Assembly: GCF_004010195.1 (NCBI RefSeq)
Contig: NC_057715.1
Coordinates: 18,775,950 to 18,839,949 of the forward strand
DNA: 64,000 nt
Reading direction: 5' to 3'
DNA from: Chiloscyllium plagiosum
Lineage: Eukaryota
Part shown: in pieces, positions 24,761 to 38,179 of the stretch
Layout of the letters: each line of letters opens with the position of its first letter
How positions within the stretch are numbered: the stretch's first letter is position 1
The notes under the pieces: model-generated
Seen by the model: only the letters and a program-made list of their open reading frames with translations
Database searches by the model: none
What the model was told of the DNA's origin: nothing
Made by a program: the position numbers and the translations under genes

Positions 24761-26251
24761 AATGAACAATAGCAGCATGTTTGGTGGGCTACAAAAACAA
24801 AATTCTAAGAATCTATTATAAATTAGCCCACATGCAGACCTGAACATGCAGACCGTAACAATATTTTTCATTATGTGCTAAGAGTTGAGATCCATTTGCA
24901 AGTTGGGGCAAAGATTATAAAATCCTGATATGAAAGTATTCTGAATTATGACTGAGTATAATCTTCTCGATAGTGATTTGTTTGCTTATCCAATTGATCA
25001 AAAAGGTATTAAAATATGTATATTCAAATGTACAGGAAATCCTCATTTTAAGTCTCTCCTTTTAATCGTAGTTTGCATTTTAAAGTAGTTTTTTTATATC
25101 CTCTCTCATTCCCCATTTTTAACATTTTCCATTTAAACATTCCTTACTTCGAGGTCACACCTTGCATTGTTGCACCTTTTATGTCACTGTTGATTAAGTT
25201 ATCCTGATTATCCTGCTAGAGTTGGCACCACTGTGTCTGTGCACTGCTGTTGAAGATCGTTGGTTAATAGTTTGTTGCTGAAGTAAATTTGCTTTTTAAA
25301 TTTCTCTGCTGATTGTCCTTAACTAGTAGTGGAACTGCTCTGAATGGAGTTTCTAAAAAGAATTTTCTGCTGTATGGAACTCACAATACATTATCTATAC
25401 TGGTACGAAAGTTGAAGAAGTCTTACTGTGCTTGAACTGGACTTTAGGTTTCTTGCTTTCACTGTTTTGTATTGAAAGTTATTTCAGCTAAGAATGCATA
25501 TACTGTATATGGCACAGTATTTCAACTTTTACATTGGTTTTTCAGACAAAAACATCCCCAGGAACCTATTTCTGGCTTTAAATTGATACCTCTGGGAAAC
25601 TGTGCTTCACATAAAGCAATTTCGCTGAAAGTCACGATTTTCAGGAATGCAAGCCTGATATTAAGTGAAGACTCTGAATAAAATTGGCATGTTATAAATC
25701 TCTTTAAATACATATACGCTATAATACAGTACTCATTACTATAATAAAGTCCAGAATTAATTTTTCAATAAATATTCATAAGCAAATATTAAAAATAATC
25801 TCATAATCTACTGATCACAATCCGAAAACAGATAACAATATCCTAGAATTGTAACACTCGGAATCCAGGTGCTGATATTGATCAACTGAGACAATTGTTT
25901 TTGTCACACTACAGCTGCAAATTTACTGTATCCTGAATAATTTTGCTAGTCTGGAAACACATGTGGGGAGGGCATTTCATTGTTGGACTTTGTCTATATC
26001 TAATAATGCTGACTAAGTACCTTTAATGATCTGAAACTTTTCTCAGTGAGGTTTTAGCCTGACAATAAATTTGACTAAATAGGTTTACTTTGCTGGTGAA
26101 TTGCAAGATAAAAGAACAATTGACATGATTTCTTGTGGCAATCTTATATTAATGGCTTCTTGTATTCTCTTGGGGAAATACTGCTTCTGTATTTAGTCTG
26201 TCAAAATACTTTTATTATTTTAGAAGTTTCTATTTAAGTCACTTGTCAGCC

Positions 26252-26605
26252 TTGATTTGATTTGATTGATTATTGTCACATGTACTTAGTACAGTGAAAA
26301 GTTTTGTTTTGGATGCAGTACAGGTAGATCATACCATCCAAAGTGCATGTGGGGTAATAGAACAGAGTGAGGAATACAACGGTATGGCTGCAGAGAAGGT
26401 GCACAAACAGTGAGATCAACATTAAATTTAAAATTTGAGAGGTCCATGAAAAGTCTAAAAAGAGTGGAGAAGAAGCTGTTCTTGAATCTGTTGGTACGCG
26501 TGTTTAAGCTTTTATGTCTTCTACCTGATGGAAGAGATTGGAAGAGCCTGTAACTAGGCTGGGAAGGGTCTTTGATTATGTTGGCTGCCTTCCTGAGTCA
26601 GCAAG
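26252..26605 (-). mobile_element. Rex1/Babar-like LINE 3' fragment
   Basis: (TTTGA)n tail. Minus strand encodes LFHQVEDIKA/PSGRRHKSLNTRTNRFKNSFF-type C-terminus. Confidence 0.75.
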
Positions 26606-26619
26606 AAGAGACCCAGCCT

Positions 26620-26790
26620 ATTTATTTTCGTATTACAAAATATACTTTATGCATAAGATTTTATTATTGACATTCACAGGTCTGAAAGCAGTTCTGTACA
26701 GTCTGCCCAGACTATTCATACTGAACCAATAGTTATATCTATGTTTTTCATGGTATTGTGAATGCAAGGTATTCTTGCACCTTGTCCATT
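26620..26790 (-). mobile_element. Tx1-like LINE 3' UTR fragment
   Basis: The reverse complement TTATGCATAAAGTATATTTTG matches 58578-58600. Confidence 0.55.
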
Positions 26791-27159
26791 GACAGTATAA
26801 CGCCTTTTAAAATATGGTCACCTAAAGCACAGTAGAACAAGCGTGATCTAAAGAATATTTACTTAATTTCTGCTTTTTAATACTATTCCTTGAGAAGAAA
26901 ATCTTAGTTCTTGTTTTTTTTTTCAGTCGCCTTCTAAAGCTGTGTTGTTGCTTTGAGTGATGTCTGTATTTGTATTCTGTTTGTTTCCTTCTCCCATACA
27001 CATTCTTAGTTCTCACCAATGGATCAGAAGAAGAGCATGATTTACAGCAGACTTTTACTCTAAATTATTTGTACACTGCACTACTGACAAAAGACTACAG
27101 AGTCTATTTAAACAGCACATTAAAGTAGCTGACCATGTAATTTATGTCTTGAATAAAGG

Positions 27160-27450
27160 AAGCAGCTGTTCCCCATAGCTGAAGGGTCAATAACAAAGCG
27201 ATATAATTATAAACTGAAAGCCAGGAGGTTTAGAAGGGATTTGGCAAAATGTGGGTGTTGAAATGCACTGCCTGGGAACATTGTGTGGTGGGTAACCTCA
27301 CTACCTTTGAAAAGTACTTGGATAAGCATCTGAAATGTCAAAACATTGAAGTCTGTGGGCCTAGGGCTGGCAAATGGGATTTGTGTAGATTGTGGTACAG
27401 ACATAATGAGCTGAAGGACCTCTTCTATACCGTATGATCCATGCAACAGA
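27160..27450 (+). mobile_element. CR1 3' fragment
   Basis: NLTTFEKYLDKHLK motif and 3' UTR. Confidence 0.75.
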
Positions 27451-27959
27451 ACTGATGACTAAAACTGCAGAAGCGTTTCCTGTTACAAGTGCTGTTATTT
27501 CTCCAGCAAAGTATGCAAGATAGTTATATAATGCAAACTGATCCAGGCCTGCCTTCCCTAATAGCAGTGAATGTTTGTCACTATTAATGAATGCAGCTGA
27601 GTTACAAATACTGGGGACTCCACAATCAAATTTGGAAGCTGTGTTTTGCCTCTAAGGACTGATGGACTCGCTGAGCTCTGTAATTTGGGAATTTGTGCTG
27701 GTTGTCCAGAACTTATGCTAAATGTTAATTTTGATTTATTTAGCACTGATATCAATGGGTGTGAAGTATACTAAGGAGCTCATCCTCTGATTGTCATTTC
27801 AAGGGCGGCTTCAAGAGGACTGATTGAGTTTTAGAAATGGATTGACTACCAATAGAAATGATTTTTAAAAGGTCAATAATTATGAGCTATAAAAAAAAAA
27901 CTTTTGCATGGAATCTGTGCTTCAGAGTGAGAATGAAATGTTTCTCCAAAGTTGAATGC

Positions 27960-28155
27960 TATGTCATCAAGTCAGAGAGTCTTACAGCACTGAAACAGAT
28001 CCTTCTGTCCAATTAGCCCATGCCGACCATAATCGCAAACTAAACTAGTGCCATCTACTTGTGCTTGATCCATATCTCTCTAGACGTTGCTTATTCACAT
28101 ACTTATCTAAATGTCTTTTAAAAGTTGTAACTGTACCTGCATCCTCCACTTGCTC
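27960..28155 (-). mobile_element. CR1 3' end
   Basis: Reverse strand reads AGTVTTFKRHLDKYVN followed by UTR. Confidence 0.75.
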
Positions 28156-30319
28156 GAGAGACAAATGAGGAAAAAGGGGGAATTCATTATTTATTGAGAC
28201 ATTTTCTCAATTTCTGAGGATGATCAGATAGAGTATTTTAGTATCAAAGACTGTTAATTCTCTTGCAAGGAAATTCACGTGTCTGAATGCAGCCAGATTG
28301 TAACAGGATGAACTGAGACAAATCAGGCAAACAACAGTAAATCTTTAAAGATCTGTTAATTAATGATCACACTAAGTCCTATCCCTTATGGGGAGGACTA
28401 GTTTAAAAATGTGGAGAGAGTGAGGTTGTAACATTATGAATTCTCAATAGATTGTGCCTACTTAAGATAAAACATATTCCATAATTTTATAATGCCACTA
28501 ACTAAGTTATTATTTCATTGTTTCTTTTGTTTGGTAGTTGGTGAGATATCGATCTCCCTCACAATACTCCAAGCAAAATGAAAAAATAGCTGTAATAAAA
28601 AAAAATCACAAATATGAAATAAACTATATTTCCTTCTCAGAAAACAGGATGTTGGAGTCCAGTGGACAGTGAGAGGAGAATGGATTGCACCACATGCTGA
28701 TTTTCAGACTGTCCAGCTAGTTAAAGGTGAAATGAAATCCTTACCCAAACACTACTGCAGTCAACTTCAGACTTGCTCCTAATCAATTATGAACAAAATG
28801 TTTAAATGTTTCAAAAAGTATTTAGAGGTGATGAGAAGTATTTAAAAGTTTGAAAAAGTTTTCAAAGTACTGAAATGATTATTAAAGTTTATTTAAGCAT
28901 TTAAAAGCAATGGAAGTTTTAAAAGTTCAAAAGTACTTAATCAATACAGCGCATTGTAAAGTATTAACCCAAACAGTGACAGATTGACATCAAAAGATGT
29001 GAATTCTGCTAATGATGCTAATGGGGCTTTACTACTAGGCTTTGGAGATTAGTTTGTTGCTGGATCCAGGCTGTGCAGATGGGCCAACAAGTTCTGACTG
29101 CAATCTAAGGTTTCATTTCCCTTGTTCTTGAGAAGATGATGGGAGCTGTATTCTTGAACTGGTGCAGTCCATTTCCTGTCAGTAACACCACAATGCCATT
29201 AAGGAGGGAGCTCCAGGCTTATGGACCAGTGGTAGTGGTTAGCTGTGGGTGATTTGCTGTACAGTTGAAAATTTGAGTCACTGTTTCTGTATCCTGCTAT
29301 TAATTGCAAACCTACCAATCGTACAATGCTTTGTAATGCTGTAATGTTGGTTCCTTTTTTCAAGTGCAGACTATATTGGAACAGCAGTGACTGGAAACCC
29401 ATGTCGATATGTATGACCTGAGGAGAATGCTGCTGTGTCCTGTCTCCAGAGTACATAGGTAATAGGTGTCACATCCTGCCTCATGGTGAATAATGAAGGA
29501 CAACATTTTTAAAAAATTGCCCCATAAAGGCCCATGCATATTATAACAATGAATCCCAGTCACCTACAGCAGTGTGGGACTCCAGATGTGAGTGACAATG
29601 TAATTAAATGGTCGTCATCACTTTGGCTGGCAATAATGTCACCAAATGCATCCCCTTTTCGTCTCCCTTTATATGTCTATTGTCTTGTCTTTGTGCAAGT
29701 CCTTAATTCCATGTGGCTGAATTTCTGCATTTTTCCTTTTTTTTCTGCAACTTCAGTTGTCCTACTTCATGTTGTCATGTGCTGTGCAGAAAACAAATTG
29801 TCTGCCTGGTGTGCAATCATCTCACCAGCAGAACGCCTGAGCATTAACTCAATCACCTCGCTTTTTTGATACAGCATCAGCAGCTGTTACTGCTGTCACT
29901 GCACAGGTTTTACATCAATTCACAACTTAACTCCATATTTTTGAAATGATTGAGAGAACTGCAAAATAACTAACCAGATTGCTGTTTTGCATTACTTACA
30001 CAGAGATAGATTTTTCAAGCCAATTTTCTCATACAACGTGCAAGTTATTTGTCGGCCTTACTGACAAGGTGATTCATAGCTTCTGTAGCTCAGCAGGGGA
30101 GTCGTTTCAGGCTTCACTAAGTAAGAAAAGGATGCCTAATGATGGATCTCTAAGTGTTCATTTAACTAAAATTAAATCTGCTACTTTTCATCTCAGTCAA
30201 TTCATTCAAGGTGGCAAAATCCCACTATATTTTTGGGGTAGATATTGACCATTTTTTAAGAGAAGGTGACCATGTGGCAATGCTTATCGAATCTTTTGCT
30301 AGTGTGATACCCATGTTAA

Positions 30320-32118
30320 TTCCTGATGTCCTGAAGTTGAAATGACTGGCCTCCGCAAACCACAACCAGGGTTTGTGCTCAGTGTGAGGACAGACAATAG
30401 AGAGTTTTCTTCCTAATTCCCACTGATTCCAGTTTTGCTAGGGTTCCTTGATGTCATACTTGGTCAAATGCAGCCTGATATCAAAGGTAGTCACTCTCAC
30501 CACACTTCTGTAATTCAGCCCTTTTGTCCATGTTTGACGTAAGGCAGTGATGAGGTCAGGAGCTGTGTGGCCCTGGCAGAACCCAAACTGGGCATCACTG
30601 AACAGGTTATTGCTGAGCAGGTACTGCTTGACAGCACTGTTCCAGCACCTTACTGATGACTGAGAGTAGACAGATGAGGTGGTAATTGGCTATGTTGGAA
30701 TTGGCCTGCTGGTGCAATTTTTCACATTGTTGGGTAGATTTTGGTGTTGCAGTTGTACTAGAAGAGTTTGGCTAGTACAGCACCAAGTTCTGGAGCACTA
30801 TTCTTCAGTACTATTGCCGGAATGTTGCTAGAGCCCATAGGTTTTGCAATATCTAGTGCCTCCAACCATTTCTTGATATTATGTGGAGTGAATTAAATTG
30901 ACTGAAGACTGATGATGCTGGGGGCTTCTGGAGGATGTCCAAAGGATCATTCCTCTCAGCATTTCTGGCTGAATATTGTTGCAAATGTTTCAGCCTTCCC
31001 TTTTGCACTGTTGTGTTTGGGTTCTTCATCATTGATGATGGGAGATACTTGTGGAGCCTCCTCCTCCAGTGAGCTGCTTAATTACCCATCACCGTTCACA
31101 ACTGCATATGACAGGACTGTAGAGTTTAGATCTGATCTGTCCATTGTGACATCTCTTAAACTTTTGCTTAGCACTTGCTGCTTATGCTGTTTGGATCACA
31201 AGCAGTCAGGTATTGTAGCTTCACTAGGTAGATACTTAATTTTTTTAGATATTCCTGATGTTGCTTCTGTCATGCTCTCCTGCAAACTCCATTGAACCAG
31301 GGTTGATCCCTGGGCTTGATGGTAATGTTAGAGTGGGGATGTGCCATGCAGTGAGGTTACAGATTGTGATAGATTGCTATTCTGCTGCTGTTGTTGACCC
31401 ATTGTGCCTCATGGATGTCAAGGCTTGAATTGCCAGCTTTGTTTAAAGTATATCTTAGCATAGTGATACTGCCATGCAGCATGATGGCGGGTAATATCAA
31501 TGTCAGTGTATAGATGGGTCTTTGTCTCTACAAAGTGGACTGTGATGTGGTAAATCTAATTGTTCCTCTCATAGACTAATGCATCTGCGCAAGTAGATTA
31601 GTGAGGATGAGGTTAAATACATTTCCCTCACTTGTTGGTTCCCTCACCACCTGCTGCAAACCCAATCAAGCATCTATTTCTTTTTTTGACTCGACCAGCT
31701 CGATCAGGAGTGCTGCTGCTGAGCCATTCCTGGTGGTGGTCATTGAAACCTTCGACCCAGAGTATATTCTGTGCTCCTGCCACACTTAGTGCTTCTTCAA
31801 GCTTTCTTCAACATGGTCAGGTGGTCTGTCTGGTTTTGTCCTTTTTTGAGACTTTTAAGGTTTTCTTGGCCATTTCAGAGAGCAGTTAAAACATTTGCAG
31901 TGGGTCTGGAGTCATGCATGGGCCAGACCAAGTGAGGACACCACTTATCCTTTCCTACAGAGTATTAATGAACTATATAGGTTTTCTATGTCAATGGATA
32001 TCATTCCAGATTTTTTTATTAAATTCAAATTTCATCATCTGTCATGGTGGGATTCAAACACAAGCTTCCAGAATATTACCTGGGTCTCTGGATTGTTAGT
32101 CCAGTGACAATACCACTC
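30320..32118 (-). mobile_element. tRNA-headed CR1-group LINE, 5' half (head, endonuclease, RT N-terminus), degraded
   Basis: Colinear with 53545-55270 and 35030-35350. The head ends at CCAGTGACAATACCACT (32101-32117). Confidence 0.8.
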
Positions 32119-33042
32119 TGTCTTCCTTATGGTTTGCCTAGTCTGTGTGACAGCGCTCCTAAACTTTGGAACAACCCTCAGATCTTGACAAGGAGAATTT
32201 TTCAGAGTCAACAGGACTGTGTTTGCAATTGTTGTTTCAGGTGCCGAGATTGATCCCGGGTGTTCCCTCCAATTTCGTTCCTTTCTTTAGACACAAGTGA
32301 CTGACTTACTCGACAATTCATAGAGCAGTTAACGGTCAGCCACATTGCTGTGGCTCTTGAGGCACATGTAGGCCAGACCACATAAGGACAGCATTCTCTA
32401 AAGGACATTAATGAACCAGACATTGCCAGTATGTGTTCACCTCCTCTTACTCACTGCATGTCCAAGAGGAGTTGAAAATAAAAATCGGAGAACTTTCTAT
32501 ACAAAGCATTGTCAACTATTTCATTATTTAGAAATTGAGAGTCAGCAGATAACAGCAACTTTCACTGATCTGAGCTGAGTTAAGCAAAAACACTGAAAAT
32601 GGAAATGACAGTTTACTAATTCTTGCAGATAACTGTTCTCATTTTACATAAATCTTGTGGTGCTCATCAAATAGAGTGATATCAGCTAGAATATGTTGTT
32701 GCTTTGAATTTGTTTAACAGCTTCAAGATTTGACATAGCTGACAGACTCGATGTAAATCAAGACCTGCACAATTTTGGCAATATTTATACCTTTAAGAGT
32801 AAGCTAGTTCAGTAGATGAGAGACAGAGATATGCTGGCAAGATTTAGTAAAGAGGCACATGTGGAGTACAATCACAAGCATAATTTAGATGGGTCAAATG
32901 GCCTACTGCAGTATTATACTGTAAATCTTATAAGAGACTTGTCCAAACTGCACTGATGGAAAACAAACCAAAACAAATTGGCGAGTATAGAAATGTTCTG
33001 AATGAGATTCATGACATGAGGTGATACCAATCCTGAAAATAA

Positions 33043-33485
33043 GAGGTGGTGATGGTATTATCACTAGACTATTAATCCAGTGACCCATGTAATATTCTGG
33101 GGATGTGGGTTCAAAACCCACCATGACCAATGGGGGAATTTGAATTCAATATAAATCTGGAATTATGAGTCTAATAATGATCATGAAGTCATTGCTGTAA
33201 ATTGGGAAAATCCCACCTGTGACACTAATGCTCTTTAGGGAAGGATAATTGCTTTCCTCACTTAGTGTGGTGTACATGTGATTCCAGACCCACAGTAATG
33301 TGGATGAGTCTTAACTACTGCCTGAAATGGCCTAGCCAGTGACCCAGTTGTAACAATCGCGATAAAACAAAAAAGGCTTAATACTGGACAGACCACCTAA
33401 CATTGAATAAGGCACCAGAAATAATAGCAACAAATGACCCTGCAAAGTCCTTCTTACCAATCTCTGGGAAGGGGCTTGTGCCAAA
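33043..33485 (+). mobile_element. 5' end of the tRNA-headed LINE
   Basis: GGTGGTGATGGTATTATCACTAGACTATTAATCCAG...GGTTCAAAACCC, continuing to AAGTCCTTCTTACCAATCTCTGGG (start of the endonuclease region). Confidence 0.75.
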
Positions 33486-34012
33486 AGGGTTAACTATCAT
33501 CTCAAGATAAGCTCCATCCTTCAGAATATAAAGAACTACTCCAGAGAGAAGCTAACTAGTTTCTAAGTTACCAGTTTGCTCTTTGTTGTTTTCATTCTGA
33601 GCTCGATGTAAGTAGCAGTCATGTTTATAAACTCTGAAGTCTCAATGTAAGTCTTACAAAGGACCCTCATTTGCCTCAATTGTAATACAAGCACTATTAA
33701 GTACCACATAATAAATCTACTCTTGTTCAACAAGAGCAAGCCTCTCTTCTGCTAAAGACTGTGTGTATGTGTGTTTGAGTGTTCCAATGTTACAGATTCA
33801 GATGCAGGTATTCAGATCAATGTAGCTAGCATAATGTATATTTAAAGTCAACTTGACATGATCATCTCTCTTAGGTGTAATATAAATAGCTATTAAGCAT
33901 TACGTAATAAACGATTGCTATTCATTGAGATTGGGTCCATCTTCCACCAAGGAGACAGTGAGGCAGCATTTCTCACTTGGTATCAGGAATTTAGACCAAC
34001 ACCAATTAAAGG

Positions 34013-35350
34013 TTTTTTTACTTATTCATTTTAGGAGATGTTTGTGCTGGCTGGCCAGTATTTATTGCCCGTCCCAAGTTGCTCTTGAGAAGGTGGTGGT
34101 GAGCTACCTTCTGGCTGTAGTCCACCTGCTGTAGGTTCACCCAGAATGCCATTAGGCAGAGAATTCCAGGATTCAGTGTTCTATTTTCAAGTCAGGATGG
34201 TGAGTGTCTTGGAGGGGAACTTGAAGGTGGTGGTGTTCCATATATCTGCTGCCCTTGTATCTAGGTAGAAGTGGTCATGGGTTTGGAAGGTGCTGTCTGA
34301 GGATCTTTGGTGAATTTCTGCAGTGCATCTTGTAGATTGTACACACTGCTGCCACTAATAGTCGGTGGAGGAGGGTATGGATGCTTGTGGATGTTGTGCC
34401 AATCAAGCGGGCTGTTTTGTCCTGGACAGTGTCAAGCTTCTTGAGTATTGTTGGGGCTGCACCCATCCAGGCAAGTGAGGAGTATTCCATCACACTCCTG
34501 ACTTATGCTTTGAAGATGGTGACAGGCTTTCAGGAGTCAGGAGGTGAGTTACTTGGTGCAGTATTCCTAGCCTTTCACCTGCTCTTGCAGCCATTGCATT
34601 TATGTGGCAAGTCTAGTGGAGTTTCTGGTCAATGGTAACCCTCAGGATATTGATAATTGGGAATCCAGTGATGGTAACATCACTGAATGTCAGGGGACAG
34701 TGGTTAGATTCTCTCTTATTGGTGATGGTCATAGCCTGGCATTTGTTTGGCATGAATGTTACTTGCCACTTGTCAGCCCAAGCCTGGATGTTGTCCAGAT
34801 CTTGTTGCATTTGGAGACAGACTGCTTCAGAGTCTGAGAAGTCACGTTTGGTGCTGAATATTGTGCAATCATTGGCGAACATCCCCAGTTCTGACCTTAT
34901 GATAGAAGAAAGGTCATTGATGAAACAGTTGAAGATGGCTGAGCATCGGACACTACCCTGAGGAACTCCTGCAGAGGTGTCCTGGAGCTGAGATGACTGA
35001 CCTCCAACAACCCCAACCATCTTTCTGTGTGTCAGATATGACTCTAACCACAGGAGAGTTTGCCCGCTAATACTCATTGATTCCAGTTGTGCTAGGGTTC
35101 CTTGATGCCACACTCAGTTGAATGCAGCCTTGATGTCAAGGGCTGTCACTCTCACAGTATTTCTGGAACTTAGCTCTTTTGTCCATGTTTGAACCAAGGC
35201 TATAATGAGGCTTGGAGCTGAGTGACCCTGGCAGAACCCAAGCTGGGCGTCACTGAGTAGGTTATTGTTGAGCAGGTGCTGCTTGATAGCACTGTTGATG
35301 ACACCTTCCACCACTTTATTGATGATGAGAGTAGACTGATGGGGTGGTGT
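34013..35350 (-). mobile_element. CR1-group LINE 3' half (RT and tail) of the tRNA-headed family
   Basis: ALDIKAAFN, GVPQGSV, GMFANDCT, LDNIQAWADKWQVTF and MEYSSLAWMGAAPT in ORFs 35114-35548, 34613-35113 and 34275-34493. Confidence 0.92.
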
Positions 35351-35894
35351 TTGGTGGCAGTGAACACATTTCAAGCCAATAACCTTCTCCTCCGGCAACA
35401 GTACATACTGGTGGAATGATTTAAAATTAAGGAGAAGACTGACAGGAAGTCGTAGAGAAGAATTCCTACAGTATTTCTGTACCAACAGTGGTGGACTGAA
35501 CTTTTCCTTCCTTTTTTTCACAATAGTAGTGATTTTAACCTGAGCCAATTATGAGGAGAAGGAGAGTCAGCTGAAAGTGCTGACCTTGTTTCTGGGGACT
35601 TAGGGCCACAACAAAGTGCTTAAAAATTTCTTCTGTTCGTTTGTTCCATTGCCCCATGTGAAACTGACCCATCCTGTGTACAGGCTACAGTGAGCTAAAC
35701 AATCGGCCAGTGCTCTCTTTGCCATTGATATTCTGCTGTATGATGACATTATTGCATACATATGAGGAACGGATACTGGAAACAAGGAAGTGGACATGCT
35801 CTAGTTTCTCGGAATACTTTCTCCGGGGACTGATGGGGAGTTCAGTAGGCCTTCCTACTGGAGGCCTACATATAAGTTTGTTATTAATAAACCC

Positions 35895-36250
35895 AGCAGG
35901 AAATTCAGGAGAAATATCTTCACCCATATAGCGGTTAACGTGTGAAACTCACTATCACAGAGCAATTGAGATGAATGCATTTGCAAAACACTTGAAAGAG
36001 AAAGGGGTGAAGATAGGATAAGAGGGCAGGGTTAAGAGGGGTAGATTATAGACAGATCTCAATGCGGGGGAGCTTGGAGACTGGAATGAAGAACATTGAC
36101 CCTCAGATAAGTACATGAATAGGAAAGATTTGGAGGGATATGGGCCAGGAGCAGGCAGGTGAGACTAGTTTAGTTTGGGATTCTGTGCAGCATGGACTGG
36201 TTGGACTGAAAGGTCTGTTTTCATGCTATATGACTCTACGACTCTATGAT
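35895..36250 (+). mobile_element. Two CR1 3' fragments
   Basis: RRNIFTH motif, DKYMNRK motif and ATGACTCT tail. Confidence 0.7.
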
Positions 36251-37071
36251 GTATAATAAGGTGAGATGGCAGGATACCTGAACACTGCCACCATCTGCCC
36301 TCTGTCCGAATTAAATTTTGGTCAGGAAGGCCCTTGATCCACCTTCATGTCCTGTCATTTGAGAACCTTAAATCTCCAATCTTCCCATCTTGAATCCTAT
36401 CCTACCACCCGATGAAGAGGCTGCACCTCGAAAGCTCATGCTTCCAAATAAACTTGGCAGAAGTGAGGACTGCAGATGCTAAAGAGTTGAGTTGAGGAGG
36501 CAGGGTGGGAGGAGGTGTAATCTCTAAAATCCTGTAAAAATGCTATCCCGTATTCCCAATTTCTCCGCCTCCGCAGCATCTGGTCCCAGGAGGACCAGTC
36601 CCAACACTGAACACACCAGCTGGCTTCCTTCTTTAAAGACTATAATTTCCCCTCCCATGTGGTTGATGATGCCCTCCAGTGCATCGCATCCACTTCCCGG
36701 ACCTCTGCCCTCGAATCCCACTCCTCCAATTGCAACAAGGTCCTCACCTTCCACCCTACTAATGTCTGTATACATCGTATCATCCTCTGCCAATTCTGCC
36801 ACCTATGAACAGACACCACCACCAGAGATATATTTCCCTCTCCACCCCTATCCGCTTTCCGTAAAGACTGTTCCCTCCGCAACTACCTCGTCAGGTCCAC
36901 GCCCCCCACCAACCACCCTCCTCTCCCACACCTTCCTCTGCCACCGCAGAAATTGCAAAACCTGTGCCCACACCTTCTCCCTCACCTCTGTCCAAGACCC
37001 CAAAGAAGACTTCCACATCCATCAGAGTTTCACCTGCATTTCCACACGTCATTTACTGTATCCATTGCTCC

Positions 37072-37199
37072 TTTTGCATGGACGTACATGGAATAGTGTA
37101 GGTTAGATGGGCTTCAGATTGGTATGACAGGTCGTTGCAACATCGAGAGCCGAAGGGCCTGTACTGCGTTGTAATGTTCTATGTTATAATGTTCTATAT
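37072..37199 (+). mobile_element. CR1 3' UTR inserted in the PLE endonuclease
   Basis: Matches 53435-53546 and ends in ATGTTCT repeats. Confidence 0.85.
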
Positions 37200-37700
37200 G
37201 ATGCGGTCATCTCTATTTTTGGGAGACAGGATGCCTACTCGCAGAGCGCTTCAGAGGACATCTCCGGGACACCTGCACCAACCAACCCCACAGCCCCATG
37301 GCTAAACACTACAACTACTCCTCCCACTCCGCCAAGGACATGCAGGTCCTGGGCTTCCTCCATCGCCACTCCCTCACCACCTTACGCCTGGAGGAAGAAC
37401 GCCTCATCCTCCACCTCGGAACCCTCCGACGCCATGGCATCGATGTGGATTTCACCAGTTTCCTCATGTTCCCTCCCTCCACCTTACCCCAGTTCCAAAT
37501 TTCCAACTCAGCACCGCCCTCATGACCTCTCCTATCTGTCTATCTTCCTTCCCACCTATCTGCTCCATCCTCTTCTCCGACCTATCATCTTTACCCCCAC
37601 CTCCATCCATCTATTGCACTCTCAGCTACCTTCCCCCAGCCCAACCCCAATCCATTTATCTCTCCACCCACGAGGCTCCCAGCCACATTCCTGATGAAGG

Positions 37701-38013
37701 ATTAGATTAGATTACTTACAGTGTGGAAACAGGCCCTTCGGCCCAACAAGTCCACACCGCCCCGCCGAAGCGCAACCCACCCATACCCCTACATTTACCC
37801 CTTACCTAACACTACGGGCAATTTAGCATGGCCAATTCACCTGACCTGCACATCTTTGGACTGTGGGAGGAAACCGGAGCACCCGGAGGAAACCCACGCA
37901 GACACGGGGAGAATGTGCAAACTCCACACAGTCAGTCGCCTGAGGCAGGAATTGAAGCCGGGTCTCTAGCGCTGTGAGGCAGCAGTGCTAACCACTGTGC
38001 CACCGTGCCGCCC
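37701..38013 (-). mobile_element. Young HE1-like V-SINE inserted in hammerhead stem II
   Basis: Full head GGGCGGCACGGTGGCACAGTGG, V-domain and (TCTAA)n tail. CTGATGAAGG lies to the left and GAAATGTC to the right. Confidence 0.92.
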
Positions 38014-38179
38014 TTCAGCAGAAATGTCCATTTTCCTGCTCCTCGGATGCTGCCTGATTTGCTGTGCTTTTCCAGTGCCACACTCTCAATTCCGAATAAA
38101 CCTGTTGGACTATGAGCTGGTGTTGCATGATTTTTTACTGTATCTTGATTTTTTTCTCTCTTTGTTTGGTCCCTTTCCA

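Larger units (their letters stand above)
36454..38089 (+). mobile_element. PLE family A, 5'-truncated (RT C-terminus, Cys linker, GIY-YIG, pLTR) with an inverted tail at the 5' end
   Basis: CHRRNCKTC and RLEEERLILHLGTL motifs. TSD TTCC(A/G)AATAAAC at 36442-36453 and 38090-38101. Confidence 0.9.
36404..38145 (+). mobile_element. Short family C hammerhead element (36404-36453 and 38090-38145) hosting a PLE
   Basis: CCGATGA A GAGG-CTGCA-CCTC GAAAGCTC, with the core U4 changed to C. It resumes as AATAAACCTGTTGGACTAT after the insert. Confidence 0.75.

Noticed and set aside
29370-29463. Plus-strand exon bounded by AG...GTAATA
   Set aside because: All three frames contain stop codons.
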